From Microthyrium microscopicum (taxonomy: Eukaryota), in NCBI GenBank assembly GCA_010405405.1, contig MU004232.1, forward strand, positions 2,003,481 through 2,067,480: 64,000 bases of DNA. The letters are read 5' to 3'. The notes beneath the pieces are model-generated. The model saw nothing but the letters and a program-made list of their open reading frames with translations. It ran no database searches and had not been told where the DNA came from. Positions 50,306 through 64,000 of the stretch are shown here, piece by piece. Position 1 is the stretch's first letter. The number at the start of each line of letters is the position of its first letter. A program made the translations under genes and the position numbers.

Positions 50306-50925
50306 TTAACCAACCTTTGGAAAAATATATGGCGTGCCCTTGCCATATTCATTGATTGCAATAGACTTCGTGCTTGTACGAACTAATTTTCTGTCCTGTT
50401 GAGTGTATATGAATTATGCAAGGTTGCGGAGTGTTGAACACATCAGGGTAGAAGCCATAAAGAGCGCATTGTGTGGATGAGAGTATGCCAATCATGATGT
50501 CGACCTGTGAACCAACTTCATTGCTCAGCGCTGGATATCAGAAATTCCTGGCAACAGAACGCTGATGACCGCATGAAAGCTATCAGGTTCTACTCTAGGG
50601 CCCTGGCCAGCAATAAGCAGCTCTTCATGAGAAAAAGTCATGTCAGCCTGATCAACAAGGCAAGGCCCTCCAATTGACCAATCAAGACTGAGAATTTCCA
50701 GCCTTGTAGAGCCTCGGCCACTAAGAAGTGGAGATATGACGGGGTTTATACATGGTCAACAATTCCCTTTGACGCGGGGAAATCCATGATGCAAAGCGGA
50801 GTAGCTGGTGGAGAATCAGCAGAAGCCGATCTTACTTATGATGCGACGAGAACACGACAAGTATCCGTCTTACATCAGATCAAGTCAATTACCATCCAAC
50901 TTCAATCCACTGCTCATCGTTAAAT

Positions 50926-52017
50926 ATGTCAACAAATACAGCATCATCCCGCCTGTCCCAACTCCTCTCAATCTTCACTCCTTCCAAACCCGCAACAATG
51001 CCGCCTTGGGATCCAGACAGCACCTCCTTCCCCACCCGCCAAAACCTCCCTCCACACCCAATTGCCCCCAAAGGCGCCTCCTGGAACTGGGGAGCCACCG
51101 ACCAACTCGGCCGTCTCAACCTCCTCACTCCCGCCCGAGTCCTCTCCGCGCGCCGCACAATCACCACCGGCCAACTCATCCCTCTAAACCTCCCGCTCTC
51201 CGTGCCCGCCACACCTTCCTTCAATCGACGCCCTTTCGAACACACCATCAAAGCCGTCGCGCCTGGCATCAGCTACGACGACGAATACACCCTGAACACC
51301 CAATCCGGCACCCAATGGGACGGTCTACGCCACTTTGCGCATATCCCCTCCGGCCTCTTCTACAACGGTGCCAAGGGCGCCGACATTGAGGCAGAAGGCA
51401 GCGACGTATGCGGCATGCAAGCCTGGGCCGCGCACGGAATCGCCGGACGCGGTGTACTCCTAGACTACTGGGGTTACACCATCGCACATAACAAAAGCTA
51501 CGATGCCTACGCACAACACGCAATCAGCCACGCAGATCTCGTGGCTTGCGGTAAATGGCAAGGCCTCGATATCCGGCCCGCATCACAAGGAGGCGATATA
51601 CAAATCGGCGACATGTTATTCGTGCGCAGCGGATTCAATGCCGCCTATGCATCCAAGACTGAAGAAGAGCGCACAAAGTTGGCGAAGAGGGAAGGCGAGG
51701 CGTTGACGTATGCGGGGGTAGAGCAGAGTGAGGAGATGTTGGATTGGTTGCATGATGCGTATTTTGCGGCTGTGGCGGGCGATGCGCCGAGCTTTGAGGT
51801 GTGGCCGCCGAAGAAAGATGAGCGGGCGGAGAGGAAGTACTATATGCATGAGTATATTCTTGCGCTGTGGGGGATGCCGTTGGGTGAGATGTTGGATTTG
51901 GAGGCGTTGGCGGTGGCTTGTGGGAAGCAGAAGAGATATGTGTTTTTCTTTGTTAGTAGTCCGGCCAATGTCAAGGGTGGAGTTGGGTCACACGTGAATG
52001 GGGTGGCTATATTGTAG
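50926..52017 (+). CDS. Cyclase-family (kynurenine formamidase-like) metal-dependent hydrolase
   Basis: Motifs WG..D.LGRLNLLT, NTQSGTQWDGLRHF, GIAGRGVLLDY, GD.LFVRSG, AVAGD.PSFE.WP and H...LA.WGMP.GE.LDLE.L. Confidence 0.9.
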   Translation: MSTNTASSRLSQLLSIFTPSKPATMPPWDPDSTSFPTRQNLPPHPIAPKGASWNWGATDQLGRLNLLTPARVLSARRTITTGQLIPLNLPLSVPATPSFNRRPFEHTIKAVAPGISYDDEYTLNTQSGTQWDGLRHFAHIPSGLFYNGAKGADIEAEGSDVCGMQAWAAHGIAGRGVLLDYWGYTIAHNKSYDAYAQHAISHADLVACGKWQGLDIRPASQGGDIQIGDMLFVRSGFNAAYASKTEEERTKLAKREGEALTYAGVEQSEEMLDWLHDAYFAAVAGDAPSFEVWPPKKDERAERKYYMHEYILALWGMPLGEMLDLEALAVACGKQKRYVFFFVSSPANVKGGVGSHVNGVAIL

Positions 52018-52551
52018 GTAAGTAGTAACAGGTAAGAGATGGGAGGAGAAAGGTTTGGCATGTAAAGATGCTTCTTGGTATTTGATGTGGAGTTTTGCTG
52101 GTATGGCAGCTCCAAGGTTTTGCAAAAACTTTGCAATATGTTTGTATATACATTACCCCAATCGGGAGTTTGAGAAGCTTTCCAGTCCTGCCAGACAGCC
52201 GTTAATAGACATAAGCATATGTGACGTGATAATATGCAGTATTGTACAGAAAGCCAAATATGCAAAACAGGTGGATATCAGACAATTAAACAAATCTAGT
52301 GGGCTTCATATATACCTCAATGGGTGATATTACCGAGGAAAATATGGCCAGCCGTTGAATCATAAAAGGCGTTATTTGCGTGTGAGCGATTGAAGAATGG
52401 TTGAAGTTGGCAAAGGAATGGTATGAGGAGTGTGAACCTCTTGTGACCGAGAGGTGGAATTATCTTTCGGTTTGTGGTGAGGAGCAAGAATGCTCGAATG
52501 AAAAATTCCAGGTAATAGCGTCGTGTATGATCGCCTGAAAGGATGGCAATG

Positions 52552-54933
52552 TTACCTTTGACCATCTCTCATGCGAATTGCAAATATTACAAGTGCCACC
52601 TGGGAACATGGTTAGCCATGATCATCGTCGGGAAACTATAGCGACAACTTACAATAGCACCTATTATCAACAAGCCAACGACGCACATGATCCGATTGAG
52701 CGATCTCCACCAGTGAGCTTTTAGATATAGCTTTTCTACTTTCTCCTGGGAAACAAGAGCTCCCGGATTCGTCCTAAGAAAGTTTCGATCTCTTCGCGTG
52801 AGCGCGGCCTCGTCCACAGGCGCATCTGGATCGAGCGAATTGGGTTTGCTAGGAATTGGCAATAAGGCTGCACAGAACCATGCTAACCAGTGTTAGTAGC
52901 GCTTCCACTGGCGATCGGTGCATTGAAACATACCAAACGGAAACACAAATCCGAGGCAAAATAATGCGACTTGTCTTCCCACGGGCCCAATTACGTTCCT
53001 GCTCGGTTGGTCGAGCGAGGGCATGCTCCACGCGTTCTGGTCCTGGTTAGCTCGTCGGTCAGGGTGCAAATGTGGTGAGAAGACACCACTGCCCCAGCCC
53101 GATGAGCTCCATATTGGCCGACGGAAGCGGTCAGTCCAGGAGCCCTCTGTTCGCATTGTGTCAGTTGACGGTTGATTGCGAAGCTCGCGGCCATTGCGAT
53201 CCCGCGGCCGGTTTCTTGGTCTGAATATCTCGGCAGGAAACGCCTCACTAAGCGGAGAGGTGGTCGTCCCACTGGTCGCGGTATTAAGCCTCGAACTTGA
53301 GTGCAATGGCGTCGAATAGGGAGATTCCAATGGAGGATAATCACCACCGCTATAAAAGCGCCTAATATCTGTCAGCTTTGACAATGAAACATGAAACGGG
53401 GCTATATTATGCATACTTGACCCAGCTTAGTTCTCCTTGAAAACTAATTTGGCTGTTTATGCTGTCAGATGAACCGGGCCTCGATAGGCCACGATGCTTT
53501 GCGAAATAACCAGAACGCTTGGGTTGTAAGGGAGGTGAAAGTAGGTCACCTAGGGTATCTTCGCGCTCTTCCGACTCTCGACCAGGAGGAGTTGGCAGAC
53601 GCCTTTGCTGTGGGGAAAATAATGGAGCAGGATATGGGATGGAGGTGGCACTGAGGGATGAGTGAGAGAATCCAGTTCCGCTGTCGCTGGAAGCGATACT
53701 TCCAAGAACTCGTCGCAGCCTTGGGGAACCGAAATATCGCGGTGAAGCGGGTCCGGGAGATATGGGTTGTGAAGGCGGCTCCGACTCGGATGGAATGGTT
53801 GAAAGACGGGAGCTCCATATTGAAAGGCGGGCATCGTCGTTCATACGGTCATCTTCGTTCATACGAGGCTCGGAATCCTGTTGTGTGGACACGGTCGCCC
53901 ATGAACCACTAGCAGTTTGTCGTCTAACAACAGGATACTTGATGTCGCTGCTGCTTGCGGATTGAGGTGCAGCATGAGAAGTAGATGGTGGTGGATTTGA
54001 AGTCAATTGGGGGAGTATTACTTTTACAACAGAAGAGCTGGAGGGTTCGGAATAGGGAATAGAGTCGGATGAGGAGGTGCCAGGCGCAGGTGGTGCGTGT
54101 TTCGATTTAGTTGAAGGAGATTGCTGAGGCTGGGCGTCTGTCTCGTCGGTATCAACACCACCCCGATGAGAAGAAGCAGGAGAGGAAACGTGGATTTCAG
54201 ACTCGGCTGGCGGACTGGCAGGACGAGGAAGTATTTTTGTAGTTATAGTTTGCAAAGAATCAAGTGACGAGGTTGTTGATTCAGACTTGCTCTCTGACCA
54301 GGATGGAACATCGCTGCTCCCGGAAGGTATGACAAGCCTTATAGTAGATCTATTATTACGGTGCAAATTAATGGTCGGCTGAGGTAACTCTGGTAATTTG
54401 CTTGCTGCGAGTTCATCTGGCAGGGTTGGAGTTGACGGGGTTGTGATGGTCTGGGAGAAACGAGACGACAGGGATGGCGACTGTGAAGAGGATTCATAAT
54501 TGGTACTAGATGTAAGTGTTTCTGCGTCCGAGGATACATTGGTATCGGTCGAAGCTCGATTCCCTGAAGGACGAAGCGCATTTTCAGGAAGGGGTAATAA
54601 TGCTTCAGAACTGCTTGGTTTGGGGGAGCTGGCATTGGTCCGTTGTCTCTCGGATGAAACGACTTGATCCTGGTAGTAGCGAACTATGCGCGGAACGTAA
54701 TTAGATGCAACTGGAGGTAACAAATGCGCCGGTTGGGTGGGAAAGGGGCTCTTGGTATAAGCGTCTGGTCCGTTGTCTGCAACAACTCTTATCGAGGGTG
54801 CTGTGGATTGTGTTGATAAACGTCCATTTGTATCAGATTGCGACTTCTCGCCAAGTGGTTTGCGCTGCCGAGGCGATGGTGATATGGTGCGTTCTGCGTG
54901 CGCCTCCGAGTCTCTCGGGGGCGACGTAGACAT
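52552..54933 (-). CDS. Ser/Pro-rich protein with C-terminal transmembrane segments (fungal hypothetical)
   Basis: A 508-aa first exon plus three further exons via GT-AG introns (~53364-53416, ~52884-52934, ~52600-52651). Motifs LFCLGFVFPF.W and WWR.LNR.M..VG..II. Confidence 0.75.
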
Positions 54934-56278
54934 TGTAGTAGTAATTAAAAGATAGAAGAGACATTAATAAAGCTGTAAGACGAACAAGAGAAGAAAAGGA
55001 GAGTGGAGTGCCAAATGATATTATAAAGAGAGTGGAGTAAAAGAGAGTGGGTGGACAGGCCGGGTATCAAATGAGTGTGACATGGACCAGGAATAAGTCG
55101 GCAAATGAATATGAAGAAAAGAATGGTTAAGAGAAGAATAATAGGTGTTGACAAAGAGAAGCAGAGGAAAATGTTTCAATGAGGGATTGAAATGCTTTTT
55201 GACCTCTCATTCAGGAGTAGTTGCAGGCCACAATGGATTGGCTGCATATGCACTTATGCAAAGCGATATGAGGCTGAACTGGATGCAGGAACACGCAGAA
55301 CAAGGCCCAGTGCCGTCAATAGTAGTGTCCGTAGTACCAGCCTAGGGACGTATTGATCACCACAGTTTGCGTCGGAGAAAATGAATGTTGAGTGACCTGT
55401 GAGAGGAATTGTAGAGAGTAAGTATGTATGTAGCGGTGTCGGACGCTCCTGGGGTGATAAGGTATTTTTGATTGAGCTGGAGGGGTAGGTGGCAGGGGAA
55501 TATGGTCGGTTATCGATACAGAGCGCAAATGAACGGCGTTGGCCACGATATCATCTTATGGGGAATGAAAAGCAGATTCGGTAATGCTAAAAATGAAGAT
55601 ACCTTTTGGAAGCGCATGGAGAGGCGCGCACAAGGAACTGGGAAGATGAGAGAGCGCATCATGTCGTCGAATGAAAAAAGCTACAACGCGAAAAAACCAG
55701 ACGCGACGCGACTAGGCGAAGCTTGTAGCCATCCAGATGGGCCAATTGGCTAGTGAGGCGGGGATGGCGTTTAGATGAGCAGTGAGAGAAAAAGCTCAAC
55801 GCCGCTGACCAACGGCCCCTATTTGCAGCTATTCGAGGCATTATGGTTTAGGAACTGTTAACAGTCTTGAAAAGTAGAAAAAATGAAGTTAAGAAAATGG
55901 AGAAGATTCGCAACGATTGGAGCCAGGAATAGACTGTACCACTGCCTGTTGTCTCATATCAAAGATCGTGGTTACAAGGATGTCTCTTGTATTGCAAAAG
56001 ATGAAGAAAGAGCCTCCCTTTGCCAAGCCTAGTCGCGCCTTCTACTTTTGGTCCAAACAAAGCACAACCTCAACGCAAGTGGGCAGTAACGATGGGCTTT
56101 AGGGTTTATCATTACAACCCTAGAACGAGATCATTGACATGGATCATTTCAGGATTCAAGATTCACTTGATGCATTACATTCCGCCAAACCACTTGACAT
56201 CCGCATTGTTCTTCATGGCCCTGCTGGCCTACTCTTGACAACTTAATTTCTCCTCCGAGTCTCCCTCATCTATTAGGC

Positions 56279-57516
56279 ATGGCACCAATAGACCTCTACA
56301 AGCGCATCAAGGCCTACTACTCTGGTGGTACCCGTAAGTTTCCCTCTCCGCATCAAGTTGTAGCCTGTGGTCGGTTCGAAACATTTCCAAGCGCTGCTCC
56401 AAATCTCCACAGCCACTCCTTTGCATCACCTGCCTACCATTTGAATCTGCATGCTAATTTTGGTTGCTTTATAGCAAATAAACCTCCCGCTATATCTACT
56501 TCCACTGCTGCTATACTTTCGGTACGTGTCTCACCCGTCGATGCCTGTGGTCTGCCAACTACAACCTTTGCATATCATTCTAATGTCCACATCTGCAGGC
56601 TGCCTTTGTCGCATTCTATGTCATACCCTTCTATCTAAGCAGTACCACTAAACCTTCCCGAACTCTCTCAAAGGATGCTCCCTCTGTCATACGCGGCCGC
56701 ATACGTGCCATTACCGTCTCATGCACCGTGAGCACCCTTATAACTGTCTATATTCTGGCACAGTATAACCAGGACACGCTACTCGAGATTCTGAGAATAC
56801 TCGGTTGCTGGCCTATCGACCTGGCTGACATTGGCAAAACACTCTTACTCTGCTCCATCCTCTTTGCCGGTCCCATATTTGATGGTGCCATTGTCCAGAA
56901 ACGGCTTGGTCTTTGGCTCAGCGGAACTTTGATACGAGAGACGTTTGCATCATGGATAGGATGGCGTAACTACGTGGCGGGGCCAGTCTCTGAGGAACTG
57001 GTCTGGAGGTCATTGATTATTCCACTTCACTTGGTAGCCAAGATGTCACCGACTCGCATCATCTTCATTACCCCGTTGTATTTTGGAATTGCTCATGTTC
57101 ACCACTTTTATGAGTTTGTTCTCACCCATCCCGAGCTCCCACTCCTGCCAGCTGTTATAAGGACCATTGTGCAATTTGCCTATACTAGTCTATTTGGCTT
57201 TTTTGCTGCGTTTGTATACCTCCGGACGGGATCAGTATATGCCGCAACTGCTGCGCACGTTTTCTGCAATTGGCAAGGTCTGCCACAGTTCTGGGGTCAA
57301 TTGCGGGTAGATGCAGAAGAGGAGTCAAGCGATGAGCAAGAACAAGATGGCAATAATGGCAAAAACAAAAGGCCACAGAGGCACTATGCGCCTGTACAGT
57401 ATTCTATCATATACTACATGTTGCTGGTTGGAGGAGCATATGGATTCAAGGCAATGCTATGGCCACTTACCAACAGCTCGCACGCATTGGCAAACGTAGG
57501 ATCAACGAAGCACTAA
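56279..57516 (+). CDS. RCE1: CAAX prenyl protease 2 (Rce1)
   Basis: Motifs RNYVAGP.SEE.V.R, TPLYFG.AH.HH, QF.YT.LFG, RTGS and H.FCN..GLP. Introns 56334-56474 and 56522-56598. Confidence 0.92.
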
Positions 57517-57955
57517 AATCGTATTTGCACAATACCATCATTCTTCACACATTTTATCGGTGACTATCAAGATATCTTACCAACTTACATGTAATGAAGC
57601 GGAAAAGTGTATGCACGTGACAATGTTATGGTTGATGTTCAATATGGTCTGTGCTGATAATAGGAAGGAGGGCTTGCTTGGCTTGGTTGCGATGATGTTC
57701 AGACCACACTCCATCACCCGCCTCTGCCCGCGAACGCTTGCTTCACCTTGCTTCTTCAGGCTACATCCATTTCCAAACAACACGACAGTTCAACTGTTCG
57801 CAGACCTCTTCAACCGCCTCTCTACAACAATACGGAACTGAATCTCGATAACGTCCATCTATCCCCGTTCCGAGCACTACCCGCAAGCTGTACCCCACCT
57901 CAGGCCATCTCCTTTCCTGCCACAGGGGCCTCACCGCAAGTGATAACCGCCCATC

Positions 57956-58910
<955 letters not shown>

Positions 58911-59313
58911 ATGCACGTCCAATTATCCCCTCATAGCTTCTCCGCGCCCAAATATACCACAGAGCTGAACTAGTGTATTAGCTCGTATTGCTCAAACTGG
59001 ATATCTCGTTTCCTTTTCTATTCCGTAGACGGGGTGGTGCGATTTGGGATTATTTGGGCTTGGGCTTTCATGCTGATTGACGTCCCTTCATGTGTAAGAC
59101 TGGAGCATTCATCCAGGGCGATGAACTTGGCGTTCTTGTTGACATGTATGAATGGCTTTAACCCGCCTTCTTTTATGTTTGTTTTTTCTGCACGTAGTGG
59201 CTATGAGTACCTAGTATAATAGTATGAGTTTTTGCATTTTCATTGCAACTTTGATGCGTGTCGTGTTGCTACTTCGTTGCCTCATTATATCATACAGATT
59301 TATATACACCGTT

Positions 59314-61431
59314 TTAAGAACTGCAACTACATTGCATCTGAGCCATATATTTCGGCACATCGCCACAAAATCGTTCCTCCTCTTCCTTGTCGCCTCCCCA
59401 TGAGTCTTGGAAGGGGTGCAGGGCCATGTTCATGACGCGATTGAGAATTTCGCGCTCATCTTTTCGTTCTACGCGCTGGATGACCTCGTCTAGAATCCAA
59501 CTACGCGGCACAAACTATGTCATTGTTAGCAACGCTTTCTTTTAGACTGAGACTCAACAAACCTTCGGGTTGACTCTATCCATAGCCACCTTTCTCTCAG
59601 CATCCCCGTCCTCGCCCCAGTCCTTCACTATCCTTTCCCTCCACGACTCCAACCAAGTCGCCATCTGTCCCAAAACCTCCTCACTAGGCGTGGCAGTCTT
59701 CGCAAACAATCCTTTCGCCGCCTCTTTCCGTCCCTCTTCCGTCTTCAACTGTTCCATCGTCACAGCACCCAGCCTACGGTACGACAGATGATAATCCAGC
59801 TCACCCGCCTCCAACGCATCCAGCCAAGGGGTAAACACATTATCGAAATCACCACTCTCCACACCCTTCAATCCTAGCCTCCCCGCCAAACCCCTCTCAT
59901 ACTCGGCCCTCAGCACAGCACGGTACTCCGCGCCCGCTCTGACTATCAGCGTTTGTCCACGTTCCTGCACTTCTTCAATATCACTTTCCTCCAATCCTTC
60001 TTTATACCGTTCTTCGTCAACGAGTTTCCCGGATCCAATGAGTTCGCCGAGCGCTTCGCCGAGTCGTGTCAAGTTCCACCAGACGATGGACGGCTGGTGC
60101 TGGTAGCTATATCTTAACGCGTGGTCATCGTGGTTGGGCGTATAGGCGGGGTCATATGCGTCGAGGAAGGCAAAGGGGCCGAAGTCCAAGGAGAGGCCGG
60201 CGATGGACGTGTTGTCTGTGTTGAGAACGCCGTTGGTGAAGCCGTAGATTTGCCATTGTGCGACTGTGCGCGCGTTGAGTCGACATATGGTGCGGTATAG
60301 TCGGGTGTAGCGGTTTTGGAGCAGCGGACCTTCGTTTTGGTAGTCTGAGGCGGCGATGCCGTTGCCAGGATTGAGGAGTTGCGTGGGTGTCAGGTCGGCG
60401 TATACTTTGTCGGGATTGTAGTCTGGTGAGGAGTGTGGTGTCTTGTCGGTCTCGGGCAAGCTGGCGTCGAGAGCTTCCCAGCCGCCTAGGACGTGCTCGA
60501 CGACGTAGTTCGCGAGGGTCTGGATGGCTGCGCGGTCGCCGCGTGCGCGTAGGATGTCGAAGTTGCCGAGACGGACCCAGGTGCTGGCGAAGCGGGCGAC
60601 GAGGGCACCTGGTTCGGCACGTTCGCGGAGGACTTTCATGTCTTTGCCGGCTTTGACGAGGGCGAGCGCTCGTGTAGTGGGTATGTGGAGTGCGTTAAGG
60701 TTTTCGCTGACTATGAACTCACGAATGCTGGAGCGGAGAACGGCTCGACCATCGGCGAAGCGGCTGAAGGGTGTGCGGCCACTGCCTTTGAGCTGAAGTT
60801 CATAAGGACCAGTTGGTGTGGAGACTGTGAAGAGAGAATGGGCGCGGCCATCTCCTAATTGGCCTGCCCAGCTGCCAAACTGAAACCCGCCATACAGTTG
60901 TGCCCAAGGATATATGGCGCCGTTCGCTTGCTGAGAGTCCGCCTCGTTGGTTGACGTATGAGATTGAGGGGTTGTGTCATCGCCAGTGGGCGAGGGTGAT
61001 TTGGAAGAGCGCCCGTCCCCGCCGTCGGGCTTATCTTCCCAGCCTAGTATGCGGTTCCCGCTGAGTACTTGTACAAATTCTTCTGTATTCACTGCACTAG
61101 GATCGATTCCTAGGTCTTGTAGTGCTGCTGGGCTGACTGCCAATACCTCCGGGTTTGGCACGGGTGTTGGCCTGACCCATGTGAAAAAGCCACCTTTGAC
61201 CAGTCTGGGACCTAGATCGCCCCGTGGAGCATCATGAGAGCTCTTGGGCGTAGGATATTTGGGATCGGGTGGCAGGTGACTGGTAAACGTGTGTGAGCGC
61301 GGAAGAGCAGAGAGGGAGGACGCGGAAGGTGGTGAAGGCGCGGGCTTGGGGGAGGCTAGATGGGAGGCCATTTGAGCAAGACGCATGGGGAATATTCTAG
61401 GAGTCGAAGGGATAGAGGGTCGGAGAGGCAT
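59314..61431 (-). CDS. FMP40: SelO-family protein AMPylase (YdiU/Fmp40), probably mitochondrial
   Basis: Motifs YGG.QFG.WAGQLGDGRA, ELQLKG.G.TP.SRFADG.AVLRSSIREF and GVLNTDN.S..G...DFGPFAF. After intron 59515-59562 the protein ends CSCSS. Confidence 0.93.
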
Positions 61432-61861
61432 TAAGAGACTCAGAGGAGTTGATTCGAAGCATTGGGAGCTACTCAAGAAATATAAGACGTCGAAAGAGGC
61501 AAACGGATGGAGTAAGACGTCATTAGCTTCTAGCCAATCGGAGGTTTTACACAAGTCCGCAACGGCTGTTAGATGCCTCAGCCTTGTCGTTATCAGGCTG
61601 AGCTTAGCAAGTACATAACCACGTTTTTGAGGAGGAATCTGAAGAAACGCACTTCTTATTGCTGTAGTATAAAGCTCAATTGATATTTCACAGTAAACAG
61701 ATCCTTGCCATCATTCATCGTGTCTATTGGGGTATCATGCAAAAACAATAGTAAAACAAAGAGCCCCTTAAAGAAACAAGCCAAAGTACTCCATGGGTAT
61801 CATGCGTATACTAAGGAAGACAATAGTATGTTACATAACAATTGATGCGGATAAAAACTCT

Positions 61862-63837
61862 TCAAGAATGACCAGGTGTTGAAGGTGAAAAATAGGGGTA
61901 GCTGAAGACACGATGTAAAGGATCTGTCTCATCCTCCCAGGGAGCACCGTACTTCGCCGCAAAGTCGTAGATTCGATGCTGGCGTGAGGTCAAGATTCGA
62001 CAAAGACCATCTTCTTCCTCGACTATTTGGATGTTTCTGAAGGGACCGACTCGAGCGCCGGCCCAGAGAGTGTGTAGAGTTTTGCCACTTTTGAGCGAGA
62101 ATATTCGAATTGATCCATTGCCTTGGGCTGCGGCGATAATGCCTAGGTTCTGAGAGACATCAAACCCGAGGTCGGGTGCAGGATAGAGCCGGTTGTGATG
62201 ATCAAATCTGTGAACTGGTTGAGTGAGAAGTCTAGTGGGCTGTGGCGCATTGCCAAAGGGTTTTCCAAATGGCACAAGCTTGTCCTTCATAAAGCGAAGA
62301 TCATAGGTGAGGAGACAATCTTCGATGCCGTTGACGACAAGGTAGTTTCCGTTATAGTCAACGTAGGAAATGTTGGTAACCTGGCCTGGGTGACGTATTT
62401 TCGAGTCCCCCATCGTATTAGAACGCATATCGTATCCAAAGACATGTCCCTTGAGCATGCCAGCACTAACGAGGTTATCGCCTATTAGTTTGATGGCTGT
62501 AACACTCCCTAAATCATGGATCAATGGCTTTCGTAAGCAAGTGTTAGTGAAACAAGCGCCTTGACCGTAAATGGCGTGCTCAATTCCATTCTTTGTGCCA
62601 GACCAGATTTCCAAAGTGTCAACCATATTTGGAACAATACGGGTGTCTGAACAATTTACAATCGAATGTTTTTCAAAGTTGATGCGGGTCTTTCGGTTCT
62701 GAGGTCCGTAACGACAACCCACTTGGACACATGGCAATCTCTGGTCTACTAGGCAGCCGAACTCATGAGTTAGCACGCCGGACCGTGGTGGTGCTCTACG
62801 AGAATTGCGTGCAAGAGCTGCTTGAGAAAAGCTGCTAGGACGAAACGCATTACCGTCAGGTTGGACCAGTGATTTTGTCAATGCAAGACATGGACCGTCC
62901 CTGTCAAATAAAAACGACGCATGTCCAGGGACAACATTGAACCATCTTTCCACTGAAGCGTTTTGCCATAGCCCGATTTGCTTCACAGCGGTTAAATGGA
63001 GTCCAAAAGCATCAGCTGGAGGGACAGGATAGTGAGATTTATATGGCGTGCGGTGGTAGTAAAAGGGATAGTTTGTGTCCAAGCACGCAGCCCAAATTTG
63101 GTAATGACGTGTTGGGCCTATCATATCATACGCGGGTGCGACATATAGAATTTTCAGTAGTGGGTCATACTTAAAGGCTTGAACCTCTGCGTGTGGAAGT
63201 GCTGGATTTAGACAAGACGCATCCAATACAATTGCAGGATATTGTAGTGGATGAGGAAAATCGTCTGAATTAGCCGTCGCGCCGAATGTAGAAAGACAAT
63301 ATGAAGCTGCTGCTTCTTTTCTGCTTAGAAATTTGTGCGAGAAATTGGCTTCTTGGAGAACGACCGCTCCAGCAACTTGGTCTTTGAAACTCTCTTTGCG
63401 CTGAATGCGCGGATGGGCTTGGAGGTTTGCGAGTTGCTCTCGCTTTTTCTTGGCCAAGGTTCTGGTTTCATCCGCAGCTGATATTGTTGCATGAGTGTGG
63501 TCCTTTTGGAGGGTGAACCATTTTCCTTTGGACGCATCAAAGTGGAAACCTCTTGCCTCCATCAGCTGGTCCAAAGCACTTTGAGCAGGCTTTGGGTCTG
63601 GTTTTGGTTGCCGCGAACGCGGCCTGAACTCGCCAGTTCTGTAAACGATTAATAACCCATCTATGCCGATCCATTGAATGCAATGCGTGTTTTGAACTGT
63701 CGAGACTCGACGGTAGGAGTAACCATCACTTACATGGCGGAGTTGCCATCCTCGAGCAATGGCTTGCCATCTTGGTAGTCTTGATCCAGTCGCTGCCGCT
63801 TTCGTTGGCGGGCGCGGGCAGCACCGTTCTTTGCCAT
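61862..63837 (-). CDS. WD40-repeat protein (DCAF4/WDR21-like)
   Basis: N-terminal GFHFD..K.KWF motif and WD-like ends (YDMR, YDLRF, I.IFSL.SG). First exon MAKNG... is joined via intron ~63639-63733. Confidence 0.7.
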
Positions 63838-64000
63838 TGATTTTGTGGTGCAACCTGCCAATTTGTTAGTACGCTTTGCAAAGTCTCAGTGCTGTTCACT
63901 TGGACGCCAGTCGCTAGCCAGTGATTTCGCCAGGTCACACCAGGGTCACGACACATTCAAGATCGCCACGATATCGTGCAAACGTGAGACTTACTAGCTT

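Noticed and set aside
59314..59330. Selenocysteine in the SelO C-terminus
   Set aside because: The motif is CSCSS with ordinary Cys codons and a TAA stop; there is no in-frame TGA.

Overview
Filamentous ascomycete (Pezizomycotina) nuclear DNA with two sharply separated compartments. Bases 1-14248 are an extremely AT-rich block with no ORFs and a TpA-rich, CpA/TpG-poor signature of repeat-induced point mutation (RIP). It holds a Ty3/gypsy chromovirus pol relic, a younger ~800-bp TIR element with a TA target duplication, tandem repeats, a perfect 74-bp palindrome and a hAT-like terminus. Bases 14249-64000 are intron-containing euchromatin with recognisable core genes: PUF3, GPI13, veA, a cyclase-family hydrolase, RCE1, YPT31/Rab11, FMP40/SelO and a WD40 protein. 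Between veA and the cyclase lies an accessory-looking run of four co-oriented + strand genes. These are (1) a 50-aa spliced prepropeptide not resolved by the ORF track, giving a predicted 21-aa four-Cys peptide; (2) an APH-like kinase that is intact except for one TAG where Trp is expected; (3) a secreted Cys-rich protein with an aerolysin-like beta-hairpin; and (4) a HET-domain protein. A second notable signal is a recurrent, strand-symmetric switch from C/A-rich to G/T-rich sequence at about 6 loci, both inside genes and in non-coding DNA. All splice models and family calls were made by eye, without database searches.
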